DNA of 64,000 bases from Lama glama. Taxonomy: Eukaryota. The notes under the pieces were generated by a model, which was not told where the DNA came from, made no database searches, and saw only the letters and a list, made by a program, of their open reading frames with translations. This document shows, piece by piece, positions 40,850 through 55,849 of this stretch; the stretch's first letter is position 1; the number at the start of each line of letters is the position of its first letter. The DNA is taken from positions 30,072,001-30,136,000 of the forward strand of contig CM052817.1 in the NCBI GenBank assembly GCA_028534125.1, given 5' to 3'. Made by a program: the position numbers and the translations under genes.

Positions 40850-42850
40850 ATATCTAAGAAACTATTGCCTAATCCAAGGTCATAAAGATTTAGGCTTATA
40901 TTTTCTTGAATTTTATAATTTTAGTTCTTACGTTTAGGCCTTTGGTCCATTTTGAGGTGGTTTTTGTGCAAGGTAGATGTCCAAATTCATTCTTTTGCAT
41001 GTGGATAGCCAGTAGTCCCAGCACCATTTGTTGAAAAGACTTTTCTTTCCCCATTAAATGATCTTAGCATTGTTGATGAAATCATTTGACCACACAAATA
41101 TGAGTTTATTTCTGGACTTTCCATTCCATTCCATGAATCTACATGCCTGTCCTCATGCAAATTTCACACTGTTTAGATGACTTACAGATTTAGAGTAAGT
41201 GCTGAAATCGGAAAGTGTGACCCCTTCAACTATGTTATTCTTTTTCAAGGCTATTTTGGCCATTCAAGGTCCCTTACACTTCCCTGTGATTTTATGGCTA
41301 GTCTGCTCATTTTTTCAAAAAAAGTTATTGGAATTTTCATAGATACTGTCTTGTTTGGGGTAGTTTTGCCATCTTAATTATATTAAGTCTTCCAATCCCC
41401 AAACATGGGCTACCTATCTATTTCAATTATGTGTACATATATAATCACCATTTATTTAGAGTTTCTTTAATTTCTTTCAACAATATTTTGTAGTTTCCAA
41501 CGTACAAATCTTTCATCTTTAAACTTTTATTATTTATAGGCATTTTATTCATTTGGATTGTTATATAAACAGAAATATCTTCTTAATTTCCTTTTCAGAT
41601 TGTTCATTGCTAGTGTATAGAAACAAAACTGATTTTTTGTGTTGATCTTGTACCCTGAGACTTTGTTGAACACATTAGCTCAAATAGTTTGTGTGTAGTT
41701 TACTAAGAATTTCCTATATATAAGAAAGTGACCTGCAAATAGTGTTTTACTTCTTTCTTTACAAACTGAATGCCTTTTATTTATTTTTCTTGCCTAACTG
41801 CTCTGTCTAAAGTTTGCAGTATTATGTTGAATAGAACTGGAGAAATCAGAGATCCTTATCTTGTTCCTGATGGTAAGGCAAAAGCTTTTAATCTTTCATC
41901 TCTAAGTACGATGTTAGCTGTGGGCTTTTCTTAAATCTACTTTATTGAGCTGAAAAAGTCCTTTCCTGGTGTTAGTTTGCTGATTATTTTTATCATGAAA
42001 GATGTTGTATTTTGTTTTTCAGAGTCTATTGAGATAATTGTGTTTTTTCATGTTCCATAAATATGTTGGTATTACATTGACTGCTTTTTGTATGTTGAAC
42101 CAATCTTGCATTCCTCAGGTAAATGTCACTTGGTCATGTTTTGTAATCCTTTTCATATGTTTGTGGCTAGCTTCAGTTCATTAGTATCTTGTTGAGAATA
42201 TTTGCATCTGTACTCTTAAGGGATATTGATCTGCAGGTTTGTTTTTTTTTTTTTTCCCTTGTGATTTCTTTGGTTTTGTTATCTTGGCAAAGCTCCACAG
42301 GGTGAATCAAGAAGTTCCCTCATCTATTTTTTCAAAGAGTTCGAGAAAGAATTTTGTTAATTCTTCTTTCAGCATTTGGTAGAATTTGCCAGAAAAAGCC
42401 ATCTAGCGTTAGGCTTTTATTGATTTTTCTTTTTGTTTGCTCACTCAGGGCTTATTATAGATTTATTCAGACTCAAATCAGTTTTGGTAACTTTTCGAGG
42501 AATTAGTCCCAGTTATCTAATTTTTTGGCATACAATTGTTCATAGATTCCCTTATAATCTCTCTTATGTCTAAAGGTCAGTAATTACGTCCTCTCTTATT
42601 TCATGATTTTAAAATTTTGAGTCTTCTCTCTTTTTTTCTTGATCAGTCTAGCTAAAATCTTGACAATTTTGTTGACATTTTCAAAAACCAACTTATGGTT
42701 GGTTTTCTCTATTATTTCTATTCTTTATTCCAAGTATCTCTGTTCTAATTTTTATTAATCCCCTTCTTCTTGCTCTAGGTTGTTATTTATCTATTTGTTT
42801 GTTTGTTTGTTTTTAAAGTGGAAGGTGAGGTTGCTAATCTGAGATCTGTA
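40850..42850 (-). mobile_element. LINE-1 ORF2 region, degenerate
   Basis: T-rich + strand with tcccagcaccatttgttgaaaagac, ccttatcttgttcctgat and tttggtagaatt. Confidence 0.9.
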
Positions 42851-43914
42851 TAAGGTATCCTATAAGGATACAATATAAGATAATAGTTACTTATGGAAAT
42901 TAACATTGAAGGAATTTCTTTTCTTTTTTCCCTTTGCAGTGAACCTGCTTTGCATTTGCAATAAGAAAAAATAAAAAAATTTAATTTAAACAAAAGATTG
43001 TTAATGACATTTAATCATTTCCAATTCAAGTGTGATTCTTGGGAGTGACTGACAGACACCTTAATGCCAACTTAAAGAAAATCAACAAAAAAATGCATAT
43101 TCAAATTCTAGCAAACTATAAATTTAACTATGATTCTAAGTCTATTCTACTAACTGAAAATTAGACTTGGGTCTAATCATTCACGTCAATAAAATGTGAT
43201 AGTAATTTCAATAGGAATCTACTATGAAGCTGTCTTTCACCATATTCAAATTTTCTGTATAACTAAATTTTATTTTCTTTCATCTGATTGTGGAAACTTG
43301 ACAATAACATTGTTAACACTAACTGTAAGTTCCTTCCTCCATCCCTCCTTTCCTTCCTTTCTTGTTTTTACTGGAAGGATAAGATGCTTATACGCCAGCT
43401 TTTCCACCTGCTAGTACAGCCTAGTGTGGTCCCACAACACAGTAGACAGAAGAGTGAGGCATTAAGTAAAGAACTGCACTTCCATAGAAACCTTCCACGT
43501 GCCCGTCTTCCAGCGCCAGGCATTTTCCTATACCTAGTAGGGCCTCCATAATGAATGTTCCCACAGCATTTCTGTAACAGACTGTATCTTTCCTCATCAC
43601 CTCTGTTACCACCAAAACTCAATGCTTCTTTGGGAGGCTTAAGTTCCTTTTTCAGTAAAATAAAATGCAAATATTTTAAAGTGCTTTCAGCACTAAAATT
43701 CTGCTCATAGATGTGAAAAATATGTGAGCACCCCATACACAGACAATAGCTAACATGTAGCTATTTTATTTTCTGATTTTATTCTATGTAATATTTCTCA
43801 TTTCTGGGTGTAGGTGCCAAAAACCTCAACTCAGAGTAGCTGAGAAAACGCTGTCAAAGTAAAGAAATGCTATGTGTTGAGTGAAAATGTGCACTGAAGG
43901 AGAAAATCAAATCA

Positions 43915-44110
43915 GGGGAAGTGATTTCAGCACAGAGACTCAGACTGCGGGCTCCACAGCCAGATGCCTGGATTCTAATTTTGTGACCTTGGGGAAATTC
44001 CCTAGCCTCTTTGTTCCACAGTTTCCTCATTTGTAAAGTGGGGACTAGGAATAGTGTTTTTCCATAGTGTTGTTATAGCAACCAAGTGAGTTACAGCATA
44101 TAAAGCAGTA
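43915..44110 (+). mobile_element. MIR SINE
   Basis: tgtgaccttggggaaatt...cagtttcctcatttgtaaagtgggga. Confidence 0.8.
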
Positions 44111-46039
44111 CCTCTATTGTAAAAAGATACCTCAGTGCATGTGCAAAAATAGTGTCACCTGAAAGCAAAGTCAGGACATATTTAAATCAGAAAAATAAAA
44201 TAAAATCCTTCTTTAGACCTTTATCCCCATCAAATGCTCGAGTGTGTGTGTTTGTGGTTGAAGTGTGAAGTGGAAGTTAGGAAGGAGAGTTCTCCAAAGC
44301 TAAACTGGCACTGCAATAAACAGAAATGTAAAATTGTTTGACACCACCTGCTGGTTACTGTTAGAAATGGCAGAAACAGCAGACATTCTGGTAACAAAAT
44401 GTTGGCTTCCCACCTCCCCTCTTCAGCCCAATGGACAAAGCAATGATCCCCCTTTCCAAAAGACAAAACAAAACAAAAGACAATAATAACATTTACAAGA
44501 CAGTATAAGTGCCCTATGAAAGGTTGCAATTTTATTTTATTTTACAGTATTTTAAAGATTGAAATTTTAACTCATAACAGTACTACATTTGAATGATAAA
44601 AACATTGAAACTTATATGTGTTAGAAGCAGAAATTAGGACTTGGATAACATTATCTTTGCCATAAAACCTAATTATCCCCAACCTCACTAATTTAAACTT
44701 TGTAAATTTAGAAAGTATTGATTAGGATCTAGACCAAAAAAAAAAAGTTTGAAAGCTTCTTCATAGTGTAGACAACACTGTGAAGGATTACAAAAGTTTC
44801 TTCTTGCTTACCTGAATACATCATGGATTTAACTAATTCAAAATGTATATCCCTTTTCCCAAACCCTTTTCATCCTGATGCCCCTCTCTCAGTGAAAAGC
44901 CTTTGCAATCTAAATGAAGCCATTTCAAATTTCAGGTGGAAGTTGCAGTAGCATGAGTATTTTCAGTCTGGGTGACATATTGTTTCCTCTGCCTAGAATT
45001 TTTTCCTCGTCACTTATCCCTCATTTTAATCTAGCGAATTCCTATTCCTCCTGTTAATAAATCACTGAGTACCCACTAAGTGTCAGGTACTTTTTGTAGG
45101 CATGAAGAACACACTGATAACAAAACAGCAAAGATTCCCGCCCCCAAAGAGTGCACATTGGACTAATGCTGCAGTACCCACAGCTCAGCTTCTTCTTTCT
45201 GCAGGATTTCGTCTCTAAAGGCACCTGTGACATGGTCCTCTGCATGCCTTTATTAAATCACATTCTTGTGATTTGAACTGTCTGTGGGTTTACACGCCTG
45301 CATGCCCTCAACAAACTACATGGATTAGATTCTGTCTTCTTCTCCCCAAAATGTAAAAGGTTACATAACAGAGAAGAGGAGGTCATTAAATAGGTTATTT
45401 TTAAATGAATCAATAAATATTAATTGAAACTACTCTTCCGATGATCTGTCACTGATAAGCATTAATTTATTAGGATAATTGCAAGAAATCTATCCCTTCT
45501 TTTATAAAGCAAGCAGGCATTTTGTTCCCTTTTTGTGCTGGGCACTGTGGGAAGGTGAGCCAAACCAAATCATTCTCTAGGAGATACGGTTTTCAAAAGA
45601 GCACAAAGTCCCCTAAGGTCACAACTGGGCAAGGTCCATGATGAACTGTAATCGGGTGACCTACATGGACAGCGAAGTTGGGTTAGGCTTCCCCAAGGAA
45701 ATACGGGGAAATTTAAAAGGGTCGCCAGACAAGGGAAGCTAACACTAGACTGAGGAAAGAACACCCACAGAAGCCCAGGGGCTTGGGGAAACACGGCACT
45801 GTGAGGGGGTTGGGGGGGCGGCGGAAAGAAGCCCGCAAAGTGGGGGAGGGCAGAAGAGGAGGGTTTCATAAAGACGAGGCCAGAGGGGAGGTGAGAGCCA
45901 GACTATCCAGGGCCTATTTGATGGTGTTAAGATGATAAACGTTATTTTCAAGTGCAATGGGAAAGCTTTGCAGGTTCATCTCCAGCAGGTTAGTGGCATG
46001 GTCAGTATCTCTTGTTTGAAAGATGACCCTGGCTGTTGT

Positions 46040-48410
46040 TCCTCTGTAGTTAAAGTGGTTGTTTTTAACTTCTCTAGTTTTTTCCAACGTTTTCTCTCTG
46101 CCTTTGGTTTACTGCAGTTTGAATATAAGACGGTGCATTTTTTGTTTGTTTGTTCGTCTTGTTTGTTTGTATTTAGCCTTGGCATTCTCTGAGCTTTCTG
46201 GACCTGCAGTTTGGTCATTAATATTTGGAAAGTTTCAGTCGTGATTATGTCAAATATATTTTTCTGCTCTGTTCCTACTTTCTTATGCTAATATTCCAAT
46301 TACGAGTTGTTATACCTATTGAAATTGTAGCCCAGTTCCTGGATGTTTTATTCTGCTTTGTTGTTGTTTATTCAGTTTTTTTCCCCCTACATGAATTTCA
46401 GTTTGGGAAGTTTCTAATGATCTACGTACAAGCTAACTGAATCATGAGCCCACTTAAAGGCAGTCTCAATTTCTATTATTGTGGCTTTTAATTTCTGTCA
46501 TTCCTTTTGATTCTTAGAGTTTCCATCTCTCTGATTATATAAATAATCTCTTCTTGCATGTGGTTTATTTTTTCGTTTAGATCCATTAACACATTAATCA
46601 TTTTATTTTATTCTATTTTATTTTATTTTTTGAAGGGATAATTGTTGGGAATTTTCTTCTTTATTTTATTGAAGGATAGTCAGTTACAGTGTGTCACTTT
46701 CTGGTGTATCACATAATGTCCCAGTCATGCATACCTATTTATATATATTCATTTTCATACTCTTTTTCATTAAAGGTTATTAAAAGAGATTAAATATAGT
46801 TCCCTGTGCTATACAGAAGAAACTTGTTTTTTTAATCTATTTTTATACATAATGGTTAATATTTGCAAATCTCAGACTCCAAATTTAACCCTTCCCACCC
46901 CCTTTCCCCTGGTAACCCTAAGACTGTTTACTATTCTGCTAGTCTATTTCTGTTTTGTAGATGAGTTCATTAGTGTCCTCTTTTTTTCTTTTTTTTAGAT
47001 TCCACATATGAGTGATATCATATGGCATTTTTGTCTCTTTCTGGCTTACTTTTCTTAGAATGATGATCTCCAGGTCCATCCATGTTGCTGCAAATGGCAT
47101 TATTTTATTCTTTTTTTATCACTCAGTAGTATTTCATTGTATACCTATACCACAAGTTCTTTCTCCAGGCATCTGTTATTTTAAATTCCTTGTCTAGTAA
47201 TTCTGACATTCCTGTCATGTCTGAGTCTGATTCTGTTGGCTTTTTCTCTTCTGACTGTGTTTTCTTTGTTTTCTGTTTTTCCTTTTGGCATGCCTTCTGA
47301 TTTTTTTCTGTAAGTTTTATTAGGATATAATTGACATGCTTCACTGATAATTTTTTGTTGAAAGCTGACCATATTGATTTGGATAATAGGAACTGAGATA
47401 AATAGACTGTTACGGTAGGATTTATGTTAATCTGGTTAGAGGTTGGCTGTGTTTAATGTTTGCTGTCATTGTAGGTGCCACAGGGTTCAAGGCATTTTTT
47501 TGCATGTTCTTGCTCTGGCTTCCCCGACTTTCCTAGCTACTCCTCCCAGGGAGTCTGTGTCTTCAGCTCTTTGTGCTGTAAGCTGCTGCTATTCTACCAG
47601 AGTCCTACTGGTGTGATAGTAAGGTGTGTAGTAAGGAGACTGCTCTATAATCTTCTGATTAAATCAATCTTTTAGGCAGCCTGTGTCTTAACTGTAACTT
47701 TGTAAGTATTTCTCCACTGGTACGGCTTTATTTCCCACTCTCCCTACTCCTTTCAGTGGCTGTAGCATATCCAGTCTACTTCCTTGATGCTCAGATCTCA
47801 GTTGATAATGTTTCATTTCCTGAGCCCCTGTTAGGTGAGAGAGTAAGACTTAGAGGGGTTGCAGCAGGAGAAAGGCCCTTCCATCAGCTGGGGTGAGGCT
47901 CTGTCTGAGTCCCTTCCCCTGGACATGGGCCTTGGTTATGGAGAAGGCTCTGAGTATCTTTCAAAAAGTTCTTCTTCCTTGCTCCTTCCTCTGCCATTGG
48001 CAGGAAGGGATATTTCTCAGAGCTTTAACTTGAGAACCTGGCAGGATTCCCAGAGGAGAAGCCCCTGAGTATGTGGGTCTCCCCCAGCAGACTGTTTCTT
48101 GCTCGCACCCAGGTACACGCTCAATCTCCAGAAGTTCATCAAAATGACCACGTAAGTGCCTCTGCCAGTGTGTGATGCTTCAGTGGCAACTCTCCCAGGT
48201 CAAAACTAAACAAAAACCCTTAGCTGTGTCTCTCTGCATGTGCCTGCCTCTTCACAATTTGGAATGACAGTTTGCCTGTCACCTCAATTCTCATACAAAT
48301 GCCATAAAAGCCCTTAATTTTCATTTGTTCAGCTTTTTCTCATTGTAAGCATGGGAGTGACAGCTTGCAAGCTCTTCACATGTCATTGCTGAAACCTGAA
48401 GCTCAGTGCC
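46040..48410 (-). mobile_element. Old LINE-1 5'/ORF1 region interrupted by a younger L1 3' end
   Basis: T-rich L1 ORF1-antisense motifs (tttggaaagtttcagtc, atgtctgagtctgattctgttg). Confidence 0.65.
46655..47170 (-). mobile_element. Younger LINE-1 3' end (camelid-type), nested
   Basis: ttccctgtgctatacag...tttagattccacatatgagtgatatcatatgg...ccatccatgttgctgcaaatggc. Confidence 0.9.
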
Positions 48411-49689
48411 TTGATTTTAACCATGATTTTTTGTAACTTCCCATGTTATTAGTCATATGTCTATTTTTTTTTAATTATTCTGGGTTTCTGGTTGTGTTCT
48501 GGGTAGTTGAGTTTGACAGATAATCAAACAAGCTAGGTAATATTTAGCAAGGGAATGAATCAATATAATACAGGCAACCTTCTGGAAGTAGAGAATGAAC
48601 TAGCAGCAGATGACTGATAGTCAACAAGGCAAATTCATAAATCTCTGAATTTGGCCAGCACAATTAAATTTGAAACACAGATGCTCTAACAGTTCACTCT
48701 GTTCTGCTAGCTAAATCTTAAAAGAAGAATTTTGAAAACATATTTTAAAATTCAAAATGCATTATAGCATCAGAGTATTGTTATATCACTGTATCTACAT
48801 CATTTAAAAAAACTTACAAAAAATAGGAAAATTCAAGAAACCAACCAAATCATATGTACCTGATTTATTCAGTGCTTGCTTAATATTTTCCCCCAGTAAC
48901 TGGTTTCATTATACTTTTGGCAAAAAATATTACTTGTAAAATCTGGCCAATTATTTAATACTTTCATTGCAAGCATAAGCAAAATCATATTGTAAGACTG
49001 AAAATAAGAAGAAAATTCATACAGTAATGATACTGACCCTAACTTAATATATACACTAGTTGTTAAATTGGTAAGATATTAAAAACCTTCATGGATATCG
49101 ACTGAAATTTATTTGCAATTAGTGTAAATATGAAAGTACATATACATATATATGTATGAATATTCATGAACTCTGGGGAATCAGTGCTGGAGCCTCCAGC
49201 TATGAAGATCAGTTAATGCTCTAAATCAGTGTTGAGTGCCCCTTCTATGTTCTCAGAGAGCACCTGAGTATTCCTAGAACACAGCATATCATAATATATG
49301 CAATTGTTTACCTTCCCATCTCCTCAAACAGCGTGTAACCTCCTGAGAGTGGAGATCATATCTTTCTTGTTCACTTTGTATCACTTTGTATCTCTAAGGT
49401 CTAGCAGAGTGCCTGGCACATGTTTTCTAACTGAATGAGTGAATAAATATAGTTTTGAGGCAAATACACCTATTTGTGTAGATAAAGACACAGAAATGAG
49501 TGAGTATGTTTGTGTGTGTTTGGAGTTAAATACATAAATATACAAAAATAGTCTGATGCTAGCTATTTTTTTTTCCAGAATTCAATGACTAGGGAGATGG
49601 GTGAGTTGGAAGATTTGGAATTAGAGAGATGCATGATCATTGAAACAGTTTTAAGTAAATAGCCCATGTCCACAATAAGTCTATTCAAA

Positions 49690-49945
49690 ATATTATATGT
49701 GTAACATTTCATTTGTATATGTATATTATAGTATGTAGGATAGGATATGGTATGTATAGTGCATATATAATGTATATGCAGTATACAGTGTGTATATAAT
49801 GTGTATATATAGTGTATATATATTTAGTGTATTGTGTATATGTTTAGTATATAATGTATATATAGTATATATGTCTCTGTATAACATATATTGTTGCATG
49901 TGTACTATATAAGTACATAAAATTACATATATGTATAACAATGCT
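49690..49945. repeat. Low-complexity TA/TG-rich degenerate microsatellite
   Basis: tatatagtgtatatata-type degenerate repeats. Confidence 0.85.
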
Positions 49946-50059
49946 ATAGTTAAGTCTTAAGAAAGATATTTAGCTAAGCACCAACTAAAGATTATTCTCT
50001 GGAGTGAGCGGGTAGGAAAGCAGACAAGGTACAGTGAAAGTCACGCCCCATCCTCTTTC

Positions 50060-50435
50060 TCGTTTAACAGTTGTAGTGTAAGACGTCCAAGGGTATGACC
50101 CCTGTGGTATTAGACACCTAGCCTTCCTCTTTCTTACTTCTCTGCTGTTTCAGAGGTAATGTCCACATCTTTGAGGTTGAGGAGGACTTGCCACTGTTTG
50201 GCCTGCATTCCAACAGACAAGAGGGGAGAGGGGAGGAGAGGCACGTCCACTCGCCTTGAGGGCACAACCTGAGAACTATATGCCTAACCTTTACTCCTAC
50301 GTCTTTGAGAACTTAGTCACATGACCACATCTGGCAGTAAAGGAGGCAGGGGAGTGTAGTCTGGACATGTGCACAGCTACAATCAAGACTTGTAATGCTC
50401 TGTAAGTTATCAGAAAATAACTAGTCATCTCTGAC
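50060..50435. mobile_element. MLT1-like MaLR LTR fragment
   Basis: aacttagtcacatgaccacatctggcagtaaaggaggcaggggagtgtagtct. Confidence 0.6.
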
Positions 50436-51009
50436 GGAGGCCTGGGATGGTCCAGGCACAGGCTACGGGTGTTGTTTGAAAACTTGGGAAAGGAAGAAAG
50501 GAATGTTTCACATTCACCCTCTAATATGCCAAACTACCTAATATAACAAAACAACACACATACATGCATTGGCCTCCTGCAGGTCATTCCAATGTGCTTA
50601 CCATGCAAATGCAGCTTCCAGACAGTCCCAAGCCGCACTTCCCAAGAGTATGGTCCCACCTAAATAGAGATTCTGGAGCTACTGCTATTCATATACATTC
50701 TGTCTTCTGACCACTCTTTAGCTCTCTTTGTAGGCCGTTCTTTATCGCTCTTTATCACTCATCCCTTAATTATTTGGGATCCACAAGGTAACACGTCACT
50801 CTTGTCCTCTTCTTACTTTATTGTTCTCTCCGGACAATATAATTTACTATGGTTTCCTAACCTGCTGCCATATGATAAAACTCTTTAAGGATGTGTCTTA
50901 TGAGCTCCAGTGCCAAATAACTCACCCTGACCATCTTCTGGATATCTCTCATGGACTCAGTACAAATTTATTGAGCCTCCTATATGACATTAATTTTTAA
51001 TTAAAAAAA

Positions 51010-52350
51010 ATCTACCCAGTGTACTGAGTGCCTGACACTTTGTGAGACATGAGTACAAAAAAATACAGCAATTATGTGCTCAGGGAGAATATAACCTGCT
51101 GGAAGATGCAGATAATGGACAGGCAAATCAAACAGACGGCAGAATAAGTGCTGGAGAATGTAGTGGGTGCTCTGACACTACCTAAAAGTACCTATCCAAG
51201 ATTCAGGGGTCAGAGAAGGCTTCCTAAGAGGAAATCTGAAGAATCTGAGGAATATATTCAATAAACTAAAAAACACATTCCCAGTGTAGCAAAAGATCGA
51301 GTCACAATGGGTTGGGCTGGGGAGGCCTCCTGAAGGCCTCGTGGCCATGGAAGGGGTTTCAGTCAATGGCTACAATGTGAAGTCAGGGAAAGCTTCATGC
51401 AGGAGGGGGTTCTACAACCGGGTCTGAGTTTTAGAAAGGTTGCTTTGCCGCACGGTGTAGAATGGAACGAAGAAAGCAAGACGAAGGACGGAGACACGGG
51501 AGGAAGTTTTCATAGTAATCCCACAGAAGATGAGTCCCACGGAAATCTCAGATCTCTATTCACAATAGAACAGAATTTAATTCACAATTGAATTTCTGGT
51601 TTAAACCAAAACCTGCCTCGCATAATTCTCTATTGTAGGGAATGGCATTAGATTCATCTAGTCCCTCAGTTAGAAATCTAGGCATACGTGGCAGTGGCTC
51701 CATGTCTCTCCCCTTCCGTTCACCACATCCTGCATATTCTCCCTCCTCTGCAGCTCTCACGTCTATGAGCCCCTTCTCCACCAGCAGTCATTGTCCTATT
51801 CAGGCTTCCGTTATTTCTCACCTGGATGATGTCAGTTGTCTCTTAACTAGTCACCCTCCATCGCTCGTACCATTTCAGTCTATACAATATTCCCCATAAC
51901 AGTCTTCCCCGAACTCAAATGCATCCATTTTACTCCCTCACTAAAATACCCTTTAAGCAGTTTCCATGGCTTCAGCATGGGATATAAGGCTGTTCATGAA
52001 CTGGTCTCTGTCTAACCATCTTTACAAACATGAGTCCCCTACTTGAGATACCCAATCCGTAATCTATTGTTCTTCAGATGCTCCATGTTGCTTTTGATAA
52101 TTGTTTCCTCTCTGCTAAGAATGTGGCCTTTTTTATTATGCTAATTTGCAAGGCTTGACTTGATTCTTCTTCCCTTGGGGCTTCTCTGACTTCCTCAGAT
52201 TTCACTGTTCCCTTCCTTCTTTTTGCCCTTACCTCATTTTGGAATATTTTTCTCCCAGAACCTATGATCCTTTATTTCATATTTATTTACATGTCTCTCT
52301 CACTTCTCAACACTGAGCAGCTTGTAGGTATGTGGCTCATCATGTTTTTT
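51010..52350. mobile_element. L2 fragments in both orientations
   Basis: ggggtcagagaaggcttcct...ttttagaaag on +; tttctcacctggat...ttttactccctcactaaaat on -. Confidence 0.6.
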
Positions 52351-52639
52351 TTTTTAAAAATGCTGCCCCCTAACTCCAATTCTAGCAAGAGTAAATGCTT
52401 ATTTTCTGTTGGTTCCACCGAATGAAATAATTAATTTTAAAAACTGTGAACGGTAACACCGGGGGACTATATTTACAAATTCTGTAAGGAGGAACATACA
52501 GGTTAAGAAGCATGTAAGCTTCAGAACGAAACCGAGATTTAATCACAACATCGTAATATAAATGGGCCATAAAAGAGTACACACTGCAGCCTTTCACACA
52601 TAAATCGCATATTCTTACATTACTCCAGAGAGGATTAAA

Positions 52640-52895
52640 AAGTATTACTTTGGAGTACCTACTATATGCCACATCTTCTTATAAGAACTTTTCATGAATT
52701 AAATTTGTTTGATTCTCATAATGGCCCTATGAGTTAGGCATTATTATCATCCTCATTTACAGTTGAGGAAACGGAGGTTAAGTGAGGCTGAGAACTTTAT
52801 TGAAGATCATTCTGTTAGCAAGTCGTAGAGGTGGGATACAAACCCAGGCAGTCTGCCTCAGAAGTCCACACTCTTCATTAAAATTGCACTGCCTG
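52640..52895 (-). mobile_element. MIR SINE
   Basis: ccctatgagttaggcattattatcatcctcatttacagttgaggaaacggagg...aaacccaggcagtctg. Confidence 0.85.
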
Positions 52896-54134
52896 ATCTA
52901 TAAATGGGTTCCCCTTTCAAAGCCAGTGGTATGTCTACATTGTGTATTTGTCAGTATCATGAATCTAATCCTTGCATTTTGCTATGTCAACCCCTGAGAT
53001 CTTTATAAACTTTAAAGTTATATCGTGCATTAAAAGTGCATGAAGTGTTTAGATTGCTCAGCAGTGGCCATCCATAGAGACAAGGTACACTAAACTCAGG
53101 CACAGATTTGGATTCTGCTTTTGTCACAGTAGCTGTGTGAACTCGCTAAGCTTCAGCACTTCCCCACGTCTGCAAAATGAAAATGATATTTGTAGGGGAG
53201 GTCATGGGGAGTACAGGTCTATTTGCCTGGTACACAGAATTGCCCAACAAATGTTAAATCATCCTCCTGTGTCTCTCTTTCCCTCCCCCGCCCTCTCCCT
53301 CTCTCCTCCTCTCTTTCTCAGCCTCACTGACCTTACCTCTAAAATGGGAATTATAATACACATTTTATATACTTGAACATTAAATGATATACGCAAATGT
53401 CGCATTTGGAACCTGTCAAATAAAGAGTGCTAAGGTTCCCTGCTGTTTCGGAGTTCATTAGGCCCCCACTGTGTAGATAAAGAAGCTAAGAATCCAAGGA
53501 TGCAAGAGCCCCATCTAGTGGCGATATAAGAAAAAAAATCAAAAGATACCTAGGGATTATACTGCTTAAATGGTTGCCTAGAAAGCCTTGGGCTGTTTTA
53601 TTTTAGTTATTCATTTCCTTCCTTGAGAGATAATTTAATGTAGCTCACAAGGAACGTGAAAGGAAAGTGTTGAACTGGATTCTCTGTTTTTCCCACTTTT
53701 CCAAGAATGTCCAAAATCTTCCCAGAATGGATCCACAGATTTCTGATCTTGTTAAATTCATTATCTTCATCGCTGAACTACTCTGTTCCTAGATTTCTAA
53801 AAGGATATGATTCAGCTCCTTAATTAGGCATAATTTGGTAGCCCAATGCTATCAAATGGATTCAGCAGTGTCATTACGACTTAAGACCAGTCTCCCAAGA
53901 ACTGCCCATCCATCGTAATCTACCACAGTTGAGAGGTGACGTCCAAGAAACCCAGCATGGTTCACAACTAATCTCAAATGATATCAAGAATGAGGTGGAA
54001 GTTCTGGTTAAGGAAAGGTTCGATCTAAAAACGAGCAAAGACAGCCTTCCAAGGATATCACCCTGGGATCCCTGCATCTCTGCTCCATTACCCAAGAGAG
54101 TTCAACCTACTGTAACTGCCAGACGTCACAGTCA

Positions 54135-54455
54135 CCGTTACGGACTGCACAGGTGTGTTCCCCTCAGATTCATTTGTTGAAATCTGCTTCCTGATGTGAT
54201 GGGGGTGAGGCCTTTCAGAGATAATCTGGTCACGAAGCCGAAGCCCTCAGTAACGGGATAGAAGAGACCAGAGAGTTAGCTCACTCTCCTGCCACATGAG
54301 GATACAAGGAAGTCAGCAGCCTGCAATGACGAGGGCTCTCACCAGAACCTACCACGCTGGCATCCTAACTCCAAACCTTCAGCCTCTAAAACTGTGAGAA
54401 ATAAATCCCTGTTGTCTGTTAGACCCCCAGTCTATAGTACTTTGTTAAAATAGTA
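54135..54455 (+). mobile_element. MLT1A/B-like MaLR solo LTR
   Basis: tacggactg...gattcatttgttgaaatc...ctcaccagaacctaccacgctggcatcct...actgtgagaaataaat...gtactttgtt. Confidence 0.8.
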
Positions 54456-55574
54456 ATATTCTTATTTTGTAAGTATAGAAGAAAATAATATAATCAATAT
54501 GACAAGGAATATATTCAGATGACAATAAGGTAATAAAGAACAGGAGACCACAGAAAACACTGTCTTGTGTAAACTCCCCACTGTTACCAAATCCTTTTGC
54601 TATTTCAGTCTTATAATTGTATTGTTATAAAATGCAGGGTGACTGTGCAAATGTTAATAGTTTTGGTGATTTCGTATAGCTCCCTGAGGTGATTTAACTG
54701 AGGAGATATTATGTTATTTGTGATAAATAATGCCTTATTAAATTATTTTTATCAGATAAGTCATCCGAGTAGAAATCATTTCCTTGAAAGACTATGACAT
54801 ATTTGAAAAAAAATAATACCTTTAATTTTTGTGAGTTTAAAAACTAAAGATAAATATGCACTCACACTTTTGCTATAGTGAGCTAAATATTTAATGACCT
54901 AGACCTGTCTAAATAGTAAAATAGAGTAGCAAAGGCCATTATTTTCCATTTTATTTCAAAGCTTAAGTGAAGAAAGTGAAAACTAAAAAAAAAAAAATCA
55001 AAACAAAACAACAGTAACTAGAAAAAATCCTTTTGAAACACCTAAAACCTTCTTTATATATTCTATAAGATTATGAAGACTTCACAGGTGAGTTCCAAGA
55101 CAAAATGTATAATAGAGAGATGGTTTTACAGAATGCAGTCAAAAGCAGTAACAAATTCTCTACCTCAGATTAAAAAGAAGTTTCTAATGACTAAGGTGAA
55201 CCTACTATAAGTAACTATACTTTTAAAAACTTGGATTAACTAGGTTAATTTTATTTATAAGTGCAGAACATAATACTGGACAGGAGTGACCTTTGAAAAG
55301 TCATTTGATGCATTAGTCACTATACCACAATCTGATAGTGTCAACTTCTGGGCAGCAAACAGGGCAAGAAATCTAAAAGACTTCAGTAAGTAGCTGCTGG
55401 TACCGACAGGTAACTATTGTTCAAACCTGAACATTCACCTCAGGTTCTGATCTATGTTTAGTAAGCCTGACTCTCACACGGAAATTACCCATGTTTGAAG
55501 AAGTCACCCAGTATATTTCTGACTGCAGGCTCGAAAAGGAAAACAAAAAGGTCAAAGCAGTTTGATGGCATTAA

Positions 55575-55835
55575 TGGTGCAGTAGAAAAAGCGAAAGCAT
55601 TAGAGTCAGAGAGCTGTAAGGTCAAATTCTTTCTTTGTTACTGACCTGCTGTCTGGCAACGGAGTAGTCTCTTACCACTGCCGGGTTTCAAAGTTCTTAT
55701 TTGAAAAGGGGGGATAATTACTTTCCTAACCGGGGACTTTTTTTTCCCAGAATTAAATGATTAAATAATGATTATTTGATTAAAAATGATAAATGGGTCT
55801 GACACAGTATATGACCCACTGAGGTGCTTAAAAAT
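55575..55835 (+). mobile_element. MIR SINE
   Basis: gcagtagaaaaagc...agagtcagagag...aattaaatga. Confidence 0.6.
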
Positions 55836-55849
55836 GCCATTTCAAGCCT

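Noticed and set aside
49726..49941. Tyr/Ile/Thr-rich 71-aa ORF
   Set aside because: Translation of a TA-rich low-complexity repeat.
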